DNA of 64,000 nt from Methanotrichaceae archaeon. Its GTDB lineage: Archaea; Halobacteriota; Methanosarcinia; Methanotrichales; Methanotrichaceae. Under the pieces are notes generated by a model, which was not told the DNA's origin, ran no database searches, and saw only the letters and a program-made list of their open reading frames with translations. Location of the stretch: assembly GCA_963754945.1 (NCBI GenBank), contig CAVWIG010000017.1, positions 192,001 through 256,000 of the forward strand. Reading direction: 5' to 3'. Every line of letters starts with the position of its first letter. Positions within the stretch are counted from its first letter, which is position 1. A program made the position numbers and the translations under genes. Shown here one piece after another: positions 52,643 to 62,307 of the stretch.

Positions 52643-52925
52643 ATGAGGGATCTATTTTGCCAACCCCGGATATGAACAGCCGAGTTCGAAGATAGAGCGC
52701 CTGCCGCCATCAGCAAAGCTTGTTCTTAAAGTGCTGGAGTCAGGCAGCCTTTTAACGCAGAAGGACATAATAAGAAAGACGTATCTTCCGGCAAGAACCG
52801 TAAGGTACGCTTTGAGCAGACTTAAAGACGAGGACCTTCTTCAGGAACGCTTCTATTTCCAGGATGCGCGCCAGAGCCTCTATGGGCTGAATGCCCAAGC
52901 CCTGGAGGTGACGACGACCGCATAA
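52643..52925 (+). CDS. Winged-helix (MarR-like) regulator requiring a +1 frameshift at TTT-TGC
   Basis: RBS GGTGAG and ATG 52643 open a 10-aa ORF. The +1 frame, bounded by TGA 52644, encodes ...KIERLPPSAKLVLKVL...RTVRYAL...DARQSLY, paralogous to the C-terminus of 44632-45225. Confidence 0.8.
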
Positions 52926-54208
52926 ATTATTTTCTAATTATTATGTATAAAGTTATCAGGTGATGGGGATTGCAATCACGGATCGTTGAACAGTTCAATT
53001 GGATATTCCCGTGCTGATGCTGCCTGGCCAGGTTGGTTTGCCTGGTATGGGTTCTTCTTCTCCGCTGCCACCTTCCACATTTCGGGAGGCTTTAGTTTGG
53101 GCGTACTGATAAAGGAATTCGAGGGATAAACGACTGTGCTATTTTGGGAGACCTAAGAGGCAAGGAGCACCAATATGGCACGCCTCCTGGATGATAGAAT
53201 TCAAGATGCGCAACGTGTGCCTGGGCAGAAAGCTGAGAAGAGCCTTTTGTAGCGCCGTGAAAGGCTATGTGTCGTAATAAGGAGGGAGGCAAAAGTCTTG
53301 GTGTAGGAGGGAGAAAAGAGGTGTATCGACTTTTGCCTATTACTAATACGACTATTGCCGAAATATAAGGTTTTCGCTCCAGGGTAGTGAGGTGTAGTCT
53401 CATACAATAAATGACCGAAATAGAGAAAATCGAATACTCAAGCGGGGCCAACGCCGATCCACAGCGCCCTTGTAGGAGGAACCTGTCAGTGTGCAGGCCT
53501 GACTCCGCTCAGAGTTCGATCATATGCCTGGGCTAGAAGGCGGCACGGCACTGGAATTTCACACAGCGCCCATTTCATAGGGACCCCAAGGCATCGTGAG
53601 ATGTGGGTCTCGTGCTCGCCTTCCGCCTTCGGCTTGTGACGCGTCATGCCCCGGCCGTGTATTGACGCCAAGCTGTCGGCAGATTGCTACGCAAGTTACG
53701 GCGTGCAACTTTCCTCTGCTGAATATCAGCTTAACAGGCTCGTAGCCGAATGCAGTGCCACGAAGGCATGCATCTCCTGGAACAAGGACGCGATCCACCC
53801 TAGAAGCGACCGCATGCTCACCCATCGATAGGGCAAACATCCAAATCTCCTTGCCAAACAGAGCATTATCAGATACGTTAAGCCCACGGCACACCCGCCA
53901 CCCTTTGCATGGCGCGCCAAATTAACTATATAATCGTTATACATATTTGTAGTTGTCGCTCGGAAACCAGCCTTTGGGTAAGTGCATAAACTGTTATTCG
54001 GAAGGAATAGCGAGCTTAAGGCAGGCGCTGGGTCAAACACAACCACGGCGTGGTGGCCGATTCAATCGGACGCCTCTCCTAGTTGGCAGGCGTGGGCCCA
54101 CAATAGATTTGATATTGCAGAAAGATAATATTGTGGACAGCGCAAACCTATGAATGACTAGCAATTGCTCCGATTCGATATCAGCAATCTTGGAATGGTG
54201 GGCGAGAT

Positions 54209-54664
54209 ATGATCGAAAATAAGACACAGCTTTTGGCTGATTTGGCCTACATTGGCTCGAAAGTTCAAGCAAAGACCAGCGTGTACCTGATCGCTGGTGC
54301 GGCCCTTCTGTGGCATGGCTTGAAAGATGTCACTAAGGATATCGATATCTGTTGCTCATATGAAGAAGCTGACAGTATTGTATCGGAACTCAGGCTGTCT
54401 GGCAGGATGGAGTCGGTCACTGGTATCAACGAAATTCACTTCCTCCGGTTATTCCTGAAATCATTCACGCTTCAGATCTTCATCAACGAGGTGTGGATGG
54501 GCGATGAATACCAGCTTCTGGAAGCAGCCCACTGTGATTCACTCACATTTGGTGGTGTGGCCTTCTTGATTCCCGATATCAAAACTCTCATTATGATCCA
54601 GGATAGGCACATCCAAGCACTGTTCAACGATTGGAAGAAACTGAAAGGAGAGGTATCTGTCTGA
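54209..54664 (+). CDS. Nucleotidyltransferase-like protein (DUF6036/AbiEii-like)
   Basis: VYLIAGAALL.HGL...TKDIDI matches the Pol-beta-superfamily hG[GA]...DxD signature. Confidence 0.65.
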   Translation: MIENKTQLLADLAYIGSKVQAKTSVYLIAGAALLWHGLKDVTKDIDICCSYEEADSIVSELRLSGRMESVTGINEIHFLRLFLKSFTLQIFINEVWMGDEYQLLEAAHCDSLTFGGVAFLIPDIKTLIMIQDRHIQALFNDWKKLKGEVSV

Positions 54665-54719
54665 ATTGTGATGAGGATATCAGCCTTTAGAGATTACTAA
54701 TCTAAAGAGGGCAATGGCC

Positions 54720-54986
54720 TTATCTTTCTCCTTTTAAAACACCCCATCCACGTTCTGTAAGCCGGATTTGATTCATGCCATTTTTGAGAGATTGCCCTTC
54801 TTCATAAGTACCAGATTGTGTATTTATGAAACCCCATCTTTCCAAGCGTGTTAAGCGATCTCCAAATTCCGTTTCATCAAGCCCGAGGGCTCTATTGACA
54901 TTGACCGGATTGACCCATTTGGTCAGGGATCTTTCAAGGATCGATTCGAGGATCTTCCTATCTGTTCCAACTATGTAATCAATCAT
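54720..54986 (-). CDS. Small winged-helix-like protein
   Basis: DRKILE.I...L.L....FGDRL..LE..GFI...LTERG pattern; GGAG RBS. Confidence 0.65.
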   Translation of the reverse strand: MIDYIVGTDRKILESILERSLTKWVNPVNVNRALGLDETEFGDRLTRLERWGFINTQSGTYEEGQSLKNGMNQIRLTERGWGVLKGER

Positions 54987-55393
54987 CTCTACTCCAATTT
55001 ATCCTAGCACGATGGATCTTCGCTGCGTATCTATCATACTAGCTAACAAATATCTATAATGATTGTTATTAACATATAAATACCATTCATAAGCTGAATG
55101 CGACCACCTCCGGCATGTTAAATGCCGACCGAATATTCTATTTGACGAGGGCAGGAAATCCTGGAGACCTTTCAATTCCCAACCTTCGTATGCAGAGGGA
55201 ATGCTCCAGAGGGCTGGTGGAGAAGACCTTCGTAAGGTACAATCTTATAATGCACTTATAAGTCGCTACGCCTAGTTACAGGACATTACATATATATAGA
55301 TTATAATACTTATCGATTTGGGAACCAAAAGCTTTTTATTTAAAAATATCGTATTAAGAGAATCGCAGAATAAGTTTAAATGGAGAATTTAAA

Positions 55394-55540
55394 ATGCAAA
55401 ATAAAAAAGATAAGAGAACAAAGGCTGATGTAGGGAAGACAGCGGCATCTGGAATCGCAGATGCAAAGAAAGGGGTAGCGGATGTGGGGAAGAAGGGAGC
55501 ACATGGAAAAACTGATGGAAAGAAAGGGTGGAAAAAGTAG
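55394..55540 (+). CDS. Putative 48-aa Lys/Gly-rich basic small protein (not in ORF track)
   Basis: GGAG RBS; MQNKKDKRTKADVGKTAASGIADAKKGVADVGKKGAHGKTDGKKGWKK*; AT-rich TATA region upstream. Confidence 0.55.
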   Translation: MQNKKDKRTKADVGKTAASGIADAKKGVADVGKKGAHGKTDGKKGWKK

Positions 55541-55704
55541 GAAAAAAAGTAGGAACCTGCTATTCCCAAATGATTAGTTGTCCAAGCAGCCGGCCTGCAC
55601 CTAGTCGAGCGGTAGCAGTGATGATTGAATGATGCCACCTTCCTGTCTCATTTTTGAATTAACGGCTCGCCTGCCTTTCGACCCTGTCCTTTTCGCACCA
55701 TTCC

Positions 55705-56469
55705 TTAATGATCATAGTAGATTTGGGGCTGATTCCTCATCATGTACCCGAACCCTAATCCCACTAACAGGCCCGTCAGATGTGCAGCATGAGCTATGCT
55801 GTCTCCTGTTCCCATCATCATGAAGTCCATGAAGGCAAAGAGAACGACTGCATACTGAATCCTCAAGGGAATTATAAAGAATAGCAGTACTCGAATTTCA
55901 GGGGCAATTATGGCCAGACATCCCATGACACCGAAGAGGGCTCCGCTTGCGCCTAGAAGGGTTCCTGTGGACACCAGCATCTGTCCCAGAGCAGCAGCCA
56001 ACCCCGAGAACATGTATATCTCAAGGAAACGGGTCTCGCCAACGCGCCTCTCCAGTTCTACGCCAAAGAAGAAGAGGAACAACATGTTCCAGAAGAGGTG
56101 GTCGAAGTTGGCATGGACGAACATGTGAGTAATGAGCGTCCAGGGCCTCTGCATAACATATGCCGGGTTCAGAGCGAGATAGCCGTAAACGAACCCCGGA
56201 GCAATTAGACTTAAGAGGGATACAAACACGCAAATGGCCAGTATAGCCATTGAGTAGCTCACGGGAAGACCGGTCGGAATCTTGCTCTTCCAGCTTCGGT
56301 TCTCCCAAGGTGCTGGGTCGTTCCAGTCATCTTTGTGCCTGAAATCATCCCTGCCGCCTATTGAGGCAAGAATTGGCCCAAGAATCAATGATCTTGTATA
56401 CCTGAGACGGTCGTTTAGGCTTTTGCCAGTATAATTTTTGCTAATATTATTTATCTCCTCACTTGCCAT
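55705..56469 (-). CDS. Rhomboid-family intramembrane serine protease
   Basis: PWTLITHMFVH...HLFWNM, GASGA catalytic Ser and AHAAHLTG catalytic His. Confidence 0.93.
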   Translation of the reverse strand: MASEEINNISKNYTGKSLNDRLRYTRSLILGPILASIGGRDDFRHKDDWNDPAPWENRSWKSKIPTGLPVSYSMAILAICVFVSLLSLIAPGFVYGYLALNPAYVMQRPWTLITHMFVHANFDHLFWNMLFLFFFGVELERRVGETRFLEIYMFSGLAAALGQMLVSTGTLLGASGALFGVMGCLAIIAPEIRVLLFFIIPLRIQYAVVLFAFMDFMMMGTGDSIAHAAHLTGLLVGLGFGYMMRNQPQIYYDH

Positions 56470-56600
56470 GATCCCTCAAAATGTTTCTTGAAACACCATT
56501 GTTGAGTATATTATTGAGTACATTACAGCGTGCATAGAATATGCTATCAATAAAGTTCGCCAATGCATTATAATTTATCCATTTATCTCTTACTATCGAA

Positions 56601-57086
56601 CTATTCAGTCACATACTGGCCGTCGCGCAGCACTATGACGTAATCCGCTGAGTTCCTGAGGGCCACTGAAAAGCCTGGCTCGGCTCCGAAGATTATGGTC
56701 TCCTTGCCGTGCTCCATGGCTTTCATCAGAACAGGTTTTAAGTCAGCGTCTCTGGTGACCATGGCGATGGTATCTATGACTGGATTATAGATCATGTCGA
56801 TGCCCTCGACTGCCATCCTGACGTCAACGTCACTGGTGCATATGACAGGTTCGAACCCCTGGTTCTCCACTGCCTCAACGAGTTTCTCAGATGCGTACTG
56901 GTTCAGGAACACCTTGCCCATCTTGATGTCGCCGTAATCCTTAAGGATGTCCCTAATCTCCTCAAGATCCATCTGGAACTCCTTGCGAAGCATGTTTGGA
57001 CCATCCACTAGAAGACCTATCTTCTTTCTGCCTCTTTCCTTCTTGGAGCCAAGATAATTCATGATGTGTTCGAAGTGTATCGCCAT
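56601..57086 (-). CDS. TIGR00288-family NYN domain protein
   Basis: LLVDGPNMLRKEF, DVDVRMAVE, TRDADL.P and FSVALRNSAD. Confidence 0.9.
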   Translation of the reverse strand: MAIHFEHIMNYLGSKKERGRKKIGLLVDGPNMLRKEFQMDLEEIRDILKDYGDIKMGKVFLNQYASEKLVEAVENQGFEPVICTSDVDVRMAVEGIDMIYNPVIDTIAMVTRDADLKPVLMKAMEHGKETIIFGAEPGFSVALRNSADYVIVLRDGQYVTE

Positions 57087-57198
57087 CAGATCACATAATC
57101 CTTGAGATAACCCCAGACTGTATCATATAAAAATCTATCTCATATATTATTTTATCTATCTTATACTCCGTCTACTCTTGTGTGTCCGTGCTCTCTTG

Positions 57199-57969
57199 TC
57201 ACGGAATTTTGTAGATCTTCTTTATGTTCTTGGTGGTGGCAGAAGCGACCTCAGATGGCGATAGTCCTTTTATCTTGGCGATTAGCCTTACCGATTCGAG
57301 AACATTCATAGGTTCGTTCCTCCCTCGTTTTGGGGCAAGGAAAGGGCTGTCAGTCTCCACGAGAAGGTGATCTAGAGGGACGTTTCTAGCCAGCACTTGA
57401 TGCTGACCGGAGCGGCACACAACTGTTGCTAAAGAGATGTAGAAGCCTCGGTCCACTGCCTGCTTCATTGTATCCATGCTGCCGCCGTAACAGTGAAACA
57501 CGACCTTGTCCAGGTCCTTTACCATATCCAGGGCCTGCTGCTCGGCATCCCTTGAGTGGATAACCAGCGGAAGATCGACGGATTTGGCTAGGTCAATTAC
57601 CTTCTGAAAGACCTGAACCTGATGGTTCCTGGCCGCTTCATCTTTACACCTGTAATGATCCAGGCCCGCCTCCCCTATGCCAACGGCCTGACCGGCATTC
57701 TCTTTGATAAAATCAAGCTGAGATTCCAGGTCCTTGTTGCTTGTCCCTTCCAGGGAGTTGGGTGAAAGCCCAAGAGTCGCCCGCATGAAGTCGTGCTTTT
57801 TCGCCAACTCCAGGCTCTTCCTGTTTGTGGCAATGTCGACGCCGGAGTTGATCATCATCACGACGCCCGCTTCTCGGGCCCTATTCATCACCGCGTCCCT
57901 GTCTTTATCGAAATGCTTGAAATCGAGGTGACAGTGGGAATCTATTACCCCATCTCCGAACTCGTTCAA
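57199..57969 (-). CDS. tatD: TatD-family hydrolase
   Basis: IDSHCHLD, IGEAGLD, IHSRDA, FHC and ETDSPFL; TTG start overlaps the leuA stop. Confidence 0.92.
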   Translation of the reverse strand: MNEFGDGVIDSHCHLDFKHFDKDRDAVMNRAREAGVVMMINSGVDIATNRKSLELAKKHDFMRATLGLSPNSLEGTSNKDLESQLDFIKENAGQAVGIGEAGLDHYRCKDEAARNHQVQVFQKVIDLAKSVDLPLVIHSRDAEQQALDMVKDLDKVVFHCYGGSMDTMKQAVDRGFYISLATVVCRSGQHQVLARNVPLDHLLVETDSPFLAPKRGRNEPMNVLESVRLIAKIKGLSPSEVASATTKNIKKIYKIP

Positions 57970-59526
57970 TTGTGGTTTTCCTCCAAAAGCATCAATCTGT
58001 TTATGGCGCTGACAAGGGCCTCAACCGAGGCCATAACTATGTCCTCGCGTGCCGATCGGGCACTTACTTTCCTTCCGCGGTCGTCCTCGACCCCTATCAC
58101 TACCTCAGCCAGGGCGTCTGAACCTCCGGATATGGCCTCTATCCTGAAATCAGAGAGGCGTATGGACGCGTCGCCGTCCATGAGTCCCTGTACTGCCTTT
58201 AAAGCGGCATCGACAGGTCCAACGCCGATGCTGGCCAGGACCTTCTCGTGACCACGCACTACGGCCTTAACAGTGGCTGTGGGGGTTATAATGTTCCCGG
58301 TCATCACTGAGACCTCTTTGAGCACCATAGCCTGGCTGGCCTTGGCCACCTCTCCAATGACCACGTCGGCTATGGTCTGAAGGTCGGCATCGGTGATCTG
58401 CTTTCCCTTGTCTCCCAGCTCTTTTATCCTATCCAGGATCTCATGGAGCTGCTCATCCGTTGGCCTGTAGCCAGCATCCTCGAGGACCTTCTTAACAGCG
58501 TGCCGGCCTGTGTGCTTTCCAAGGACTATCCTTCTTCTGTGGCCAACCATCTCAGGAGTCATTATGCCCGGCTCAAAGGTCTTGCTGTTTTCGAGGATTC
58601 CGTGGCTATGAATTCCGCTCTCGTGAGAGAAGGCGTTTTCACCGACTATGGGGGCAGTTATTGGTATTTTCGCTCCTGTTAACCGCTCAACAAGCCTTGC
58701 AGTCTCTACCAGGTACTCCGTTTTTATGCTCGTGGTTGCACCGTAAATTGAGTGCAGGCTCATCACAGTCTCTGCCAAATTTGCATTGCCAGCCCGCTCC
58801 CCCAGACCGTTGACGGTAACCTGGATCTCTCTCGCACCGGCCTCCACTGCGGAAAGGCTGTTGGCAACAGCGAGGCCGAAGTCGTTATGGCAGTGGACAT
58901 CCACGACCATGTCAACGTACTCGCAGATCCCCTTCACAAAGGCGTAGAAGGCCGAAGGGACAGCAACTCCCACGGTGTCTGGGATGTTGATGATGTCGCA
59001 GTGGACCTCCTCGACTGCCTTGAAAATTCTGTGGAGGAACTCCGGGGATGTCCTGGTGGCGTCCATGGCAGAGAAGAGGCATGTCCTTCCCTGATCCTTC
59101 ACGTATTCCACTGTCTCAACTGCCCCGGCCACTATCTCGTCGTGGCTCTTCTTTATCGTGTGGGCTATCTGGATGTCTGACGTTGGCACGAAGACGTGGA
59201 CGAGACCAACATCAGCATCGAGACAGGCTTGTGCGTCTGCCTTGACAATTCTGGAAAGTCCGCAGACCTGGGCAGAGAGGCCAGCTCGGGCAATTTGCCG
59301 GACGCTCTCGAACTCGCCCTTGGAAGACACAGGAAAACCAGCCTCGATGATGTTCACACCGAGCTTATCGAGCTGCCTGGCAATAGCAAGTTTCTTTTCA
59401 GGGGTGAGTGAAACACCCGGGGTCTGCTCTCCATCGCGGAGAGTCGTGTCAAAAATTCTAACTCTCTCGCCGCGAAGATCTCTTACATCGTAGAAGACGA
59501 TCCCTCATAGAGGCTTCTTGCGTCAT
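57966..59526 (-). CDS. leuA: 2-isopropylmalate synthase (LeuA/CimA family) needing a +1 frameshift at CTT-CTA near the start
   Basis: [47 protein letters not shown] and C-terminal regulatory domain GVGPVDA. There is no ATG/GTG/TTG between TGA 59507-05 and GTG 59357; ATGs at 59526 and 59508 are one base out of frame. Confidence 0.85.
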
Positions 59527-59549
59527 GTTTCATTGAGTGAGCCTCCGTT

Positions 59550-59557
59550 CTATAAAA
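59550..59557 (-). promoter_or_regulatory. TATA box for leuA, predicting a near-leaderless transcript
   Basis: TTTTATAG lies about 24 nt upstream of ATG 59526. Confidence 0.5.
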
Positions 59558-59652
59558 CTCTTGCCCCGAGGCCGCAATGCTACAAGGAATATTCAGCAAA
59601 GAATTCAGTAATTAATCTGGCGAAAAAAGAATTATGCAGGCGAGATTCACCT

Positions 59653-60432
59653 TCAGGTTGGCGAAGCACCCTGGTCCTTTGATGCCTGTTCCGCCTCGGC
59701 TGCCTTCTCTTCTGATTCCTTCGTCTCCTCAGAGCCCTCTTTGGCCGGAGGGGATATTACCTCGGCGCTGACCTTAGCCTCAGTGTGCTTCTCGATGAAA
59801 TCGACCTCTTTCAAGCTGAGGTGCTGGATGATCATGTCCGCCAGGCCACGCCTGATCATCAGCCACTCTTTGTAGTAACCAAGCTCCCAGGGAACGATGA
59901 TCGTGGCCACATCGTCCTCAATCTTGGATTCCAGGTCCAATCGGGCGAAGGTCTTGATCAGGCTCTTGAGCTTCTCGGCCCGGTCTTCGATGCTCTCAAG
60001 GATCTTGTACTCGTAGACGATGGTCTTGTCTGCCAGGGGGTGGTTGAAGTCAACGATTGCCTTTCTTCCGATAATCCTGGTGACTGTCCCAACCTTGTTC
60101 TCGACACCTACTCTCATCCCGGGCACGGGTTTCTTATCCTTGAATTTGTTGATGGGTATGCTCTCCACTTTCGTGGGATCGTGGGTTCCAAAGGCCTTTT
60201 CAGGCGGGATCTCGACCAACCCTGCGTATCCTATCTCCTTGCCGATTAGGTCTTCCTCCATGCCTGCTACGAGCTGACCAGAACCTACAACGATTAAGTG
60301 GGGGCCGTACTGGCACTCTTCATCGAAGATGCCTTTGGCAGTGGCCACCTCTTTATCGGTAGCTGCTATGACTTGTCCATCAACGCTCTCAGTATAATCG
60401 ATCCTTATAAAATCGCCATTTTTTACAGCCAT
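59653..60432 (-). CDS. slyD: FKBP-type peptidyl-prolyl isomerase (long SlyD type)
   Basis: GDFIRIDYT, IPPEKAFG, VDFNHPLA and acidic tail. ATG 60432. Confidence 0.9.
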   Translation of the reverse strand: MAVKNGDFIRIDYTESVDGQVIAATDKEVATAKGIFDEECQYGPHLIVVGSGQLVAGMEEDLIGKEIGYAGLVEIPPEKAFGTHDPTKVESIPINKFKDKKPVPGMRVGVENKVGTVTRIIGRKAIVDFNHPLADKTIVYEYKILESIEDRAEKLKSLIKTFARLDLESKIEDDVATIIVPWELGYYKEWLMIRRGLADMIIQHLSLKEVDFIEKHTEAKVSAEVISPPAKEGSEETKESEEKAAEAEQASKDQGASPT

Positions 60433-60508
60433 CTTGAAATCCATCCTAGCTTTGTTGCTGTTCACCGGATCTATTTATATGCTTTCTGTCTGCCGTGAGG
60501 CAATTCGC

Positions 60509-60973
60509 CTAGATTAGGTAATCTGCAATCCTCTCAGTGATGGGCTGCTCGCAGTAGACGCACCGCAGCACAACAGGGTTCTTGGTCTTTACGAGCATCC
60601 TGGACTTTATGGGCTCCTCTGTGTTGGATATGCAGCTAGGGTTCTGGCAGCGTATAACGTCTATTATCAGGTCCGGCAGGTCTACTAGGTGCTTCTCGAT
60701 CACCAAAAAGTCGCGAATGATGTTGATAGTGGCATCTGGGGCTATCAGGGCTATCCTGTTTACCTCTTCCTCTTTCAGCTCCCTGTCTTCGACCTTGACT
60801 ATATCCTTCTTGCCCAGCTTGCTGCTCTCAACGTTCATGACCACTGAAACCGTTGCATCGGTTGTTCCGGATATTCCCAGGATCTTCAGGACGTTCAGGG
60901 CCTGGCCTCCGGCTATGTGGTCTATTACAGTGCCGTTTTTAATGGGTTTGACTCTCAGCTCGACTTCGGCCAT
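60509..60973 (-). CDS. pyrI: Aspartate carbamoyltransferase regulatory subunit
   Basis: [31 protein letters not shown] and C.YCE. Confidence 0.95.
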   Translation of the reverse strand: MAEVELRVKPIKNGTVIDHIAGGQALNVLKILGISGTTDATVSVVMNVESSKLGKKDIVKVEDRELKEEEVNRIALIAPDATINIIRDFLVIEKHLVDLPDLIIDVIRCQNPSCISNTEEPIKSRMLVKTKNPVVLRCVYCEQPITERIADYLI

Positions 60974-60978
60974 TTCGA

Positions 60979-61974
60979 TCACCCTCCTACCCTGTCTTCG
61001 GTGTCAGCTCTGCGACTCTCATTGCTCTCATTGCTCTCATCGCCTATCAGCACTCTATTTCCATCGCCTATCAACATCTTTAGGAGGGCCATCCGCACCG
61101 TGACACCGTAGAAGCTTTGTTTGAAGTACATCGCGTGTTTGGTTGAGTCCACAGATGGCGATATCTCGTCAACTCTGGGCAGTGGATGCATTATGATCAG
61201 ATTTTCCCTCACTCCGGCCAGGTACTCCGGGGTGATCCGGTAGCTTCTGGCTACTTTGTTGTACTCCACAGGATCGGGGAATCTCTCTCTCTGGATTCTG
61301 GTCATGTAGAGGACGTCGACGTTTCGTATGACCTCGCTCAGGTCGCAGGTCTCGCGAACCTTGGTATTTTTGCTGGAAAGGTCTGACTTTATCTGCTCGG
61401 GCATTCGAAGAGTTGGCGGCGAGACCAGGGTTATGTCCGCACCGTAAAGGGATAAGGCATAGGCCAGAGAGTGAACCGTCCGGCCGTACTTGAGGTCGCC
61501 CACCAGGGCAATGCTCAGGTTCTCTAGATGGCTTTCTTTCTTTATTGTGTAGAGGTCCAGGAGAGTTTGGGTTGGGTGGTGGCCCGCTCCGTCTCCTGCG
61601 TTCAGGACGGGCACAGGTGAGAACTCCGAGGCAAGGCGGGCCGAGCCCTCTTTGGGATGGCGGATGACCAAGGCGTCCGCATAGCCGCCTATAACCCGCA
61701 CCGTATCGGCCAGAGACTCACCCTTTGAGATGGAGCTGCCCTCAGCCGGGCCCAGGTTGATCACTCCGCCGCCCAGACGCTTCATAGCCGTCTCAAAGGA
61801 CATGCGCGTGCGGGTGGACGGCTCGAAGAACAGCAAAGCGAGAATCTTTCCGGAGAGCATATCGCTACGCTTGCCGCGGGCATAGGGTTCCAGATCCGAT
61901 GCGAGGTCGAGGACGGAGTCGATCTCCTCCCTGGAGAAGTCCCGCATGGAGAGGACGTGCCTCTTCTTGAACAT
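60979..61974 (-). CDS. pyrB: Aspartate carbamoyltransferase catalytic subunit
   Basis: [38 protein letters not shown] and HPLPR. ATG 61974. Confidence 0.96.
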   Translation of the reverse strand: MFKKRHVLSMRDFSREEIDSVLDLASDLEPYARGKRSDMLSGKILALLFFEPSTRTRMSFETAMKRLGGGVINLGPAEGSSISKGESLADTVRVIGGYADALVIRHPKEGSARLASEFSPVPVLNAGDGAGHHPTQTLLDLYTIKKESHLENLSIALVGDLKYGRTVHSLAYALSLYGADITLVSPPTLRMPEQIKSDLSSKNTKVRETCDLSEVIRNVDVLYMTRIQRERFPDPVEYNKVARSYRITPEYLAGVRENLIIMHPLPRVDEISPSVDSTKHAMYFKQSFYGVTVRMALLKMLIGDGNRVLIGDESNESNESRRADTEDRVGG

Positions 61975-62075
61975 GATTATTCCTCGGCAGTATGGGATAT
62001 AATGTTTCTGATAAATCCTCTGAATCCTGATTAAATTGAACGCCAGCGACTCTCTTATTTGTACCAATCTCGACA

Positions 62076-62196
62076 TCACTTTATTCGCAGCTGGTAGTAT
62101 GTGTGATGGCTGCCTCTTACCCGCTTAAGAACAAATCCATTTCTTTTCCAGTGCTTTCGCTAGTTCCTCAGGGGAAACCGAAGACAGCTTAGGCGT
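62076..62196 (-). pseudogene. hicA: HicA toxin remnant
   Basis: (ACG)PKLSSVSPEELAKALEK-GFVLKRVRGSHHTYYQ with the HicA GSH motif; start mutated, frameshifted and truncated. Confidence 0.7.
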
Positions 62197-62307
62197 GGGC
62201 TTCAACTACTACGGTGTATTCCAAGGAGCCCTCTTCGGTTGGAACTTCTTTGCCAAGATCTATGAGAGTTTGCCATGAAAACGCCCTAAATAAAAGGATC
62301 AGCGGCC

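Noticed and set aside
52632-52646. UGA readthrough (Sec) from GTG 52632 into the HTH frame
   Set aside because: No SECIS seen; the GTG is part of the RBS, and the leuA copy has a second in-frame TGA upstream.
52643-52652. Systematic extra-G error next to GATC as the cause of both frame breaks
   Set aside because: Other AGGATC and AGGGATC sites inside genes (about 26645, 39908, 43511) keep their frame. This is disfavoured but not excluded without reads.
52958-53030. Possible fluoride riboswitch (GGTGATGGGG...GCTGATG)
   Set aside because: P1 and pseudoknot pairings are weak, and no crcB-like or other clear gene follows.
53090-54150. Several 60-120-aa ORFs on both strands
   Set aside because: No recognisable motifs and mutually overlapping; probably decayed DNA.
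56469-56479. Third GAGGGATC copy upstream of the rhomboid gene
   Set aside because: It is followed directly by an in-frame ATG with no YTT slip codon, so no frameshift is needed.
59483-59546. GGAGG plus ATG 59533 leader ([16 protein letters not shown]) with a -1 shift into leuA
   Set aside because: It lies between the TATA box and the predicted TSS, and has no counterpart at the 52643 site.
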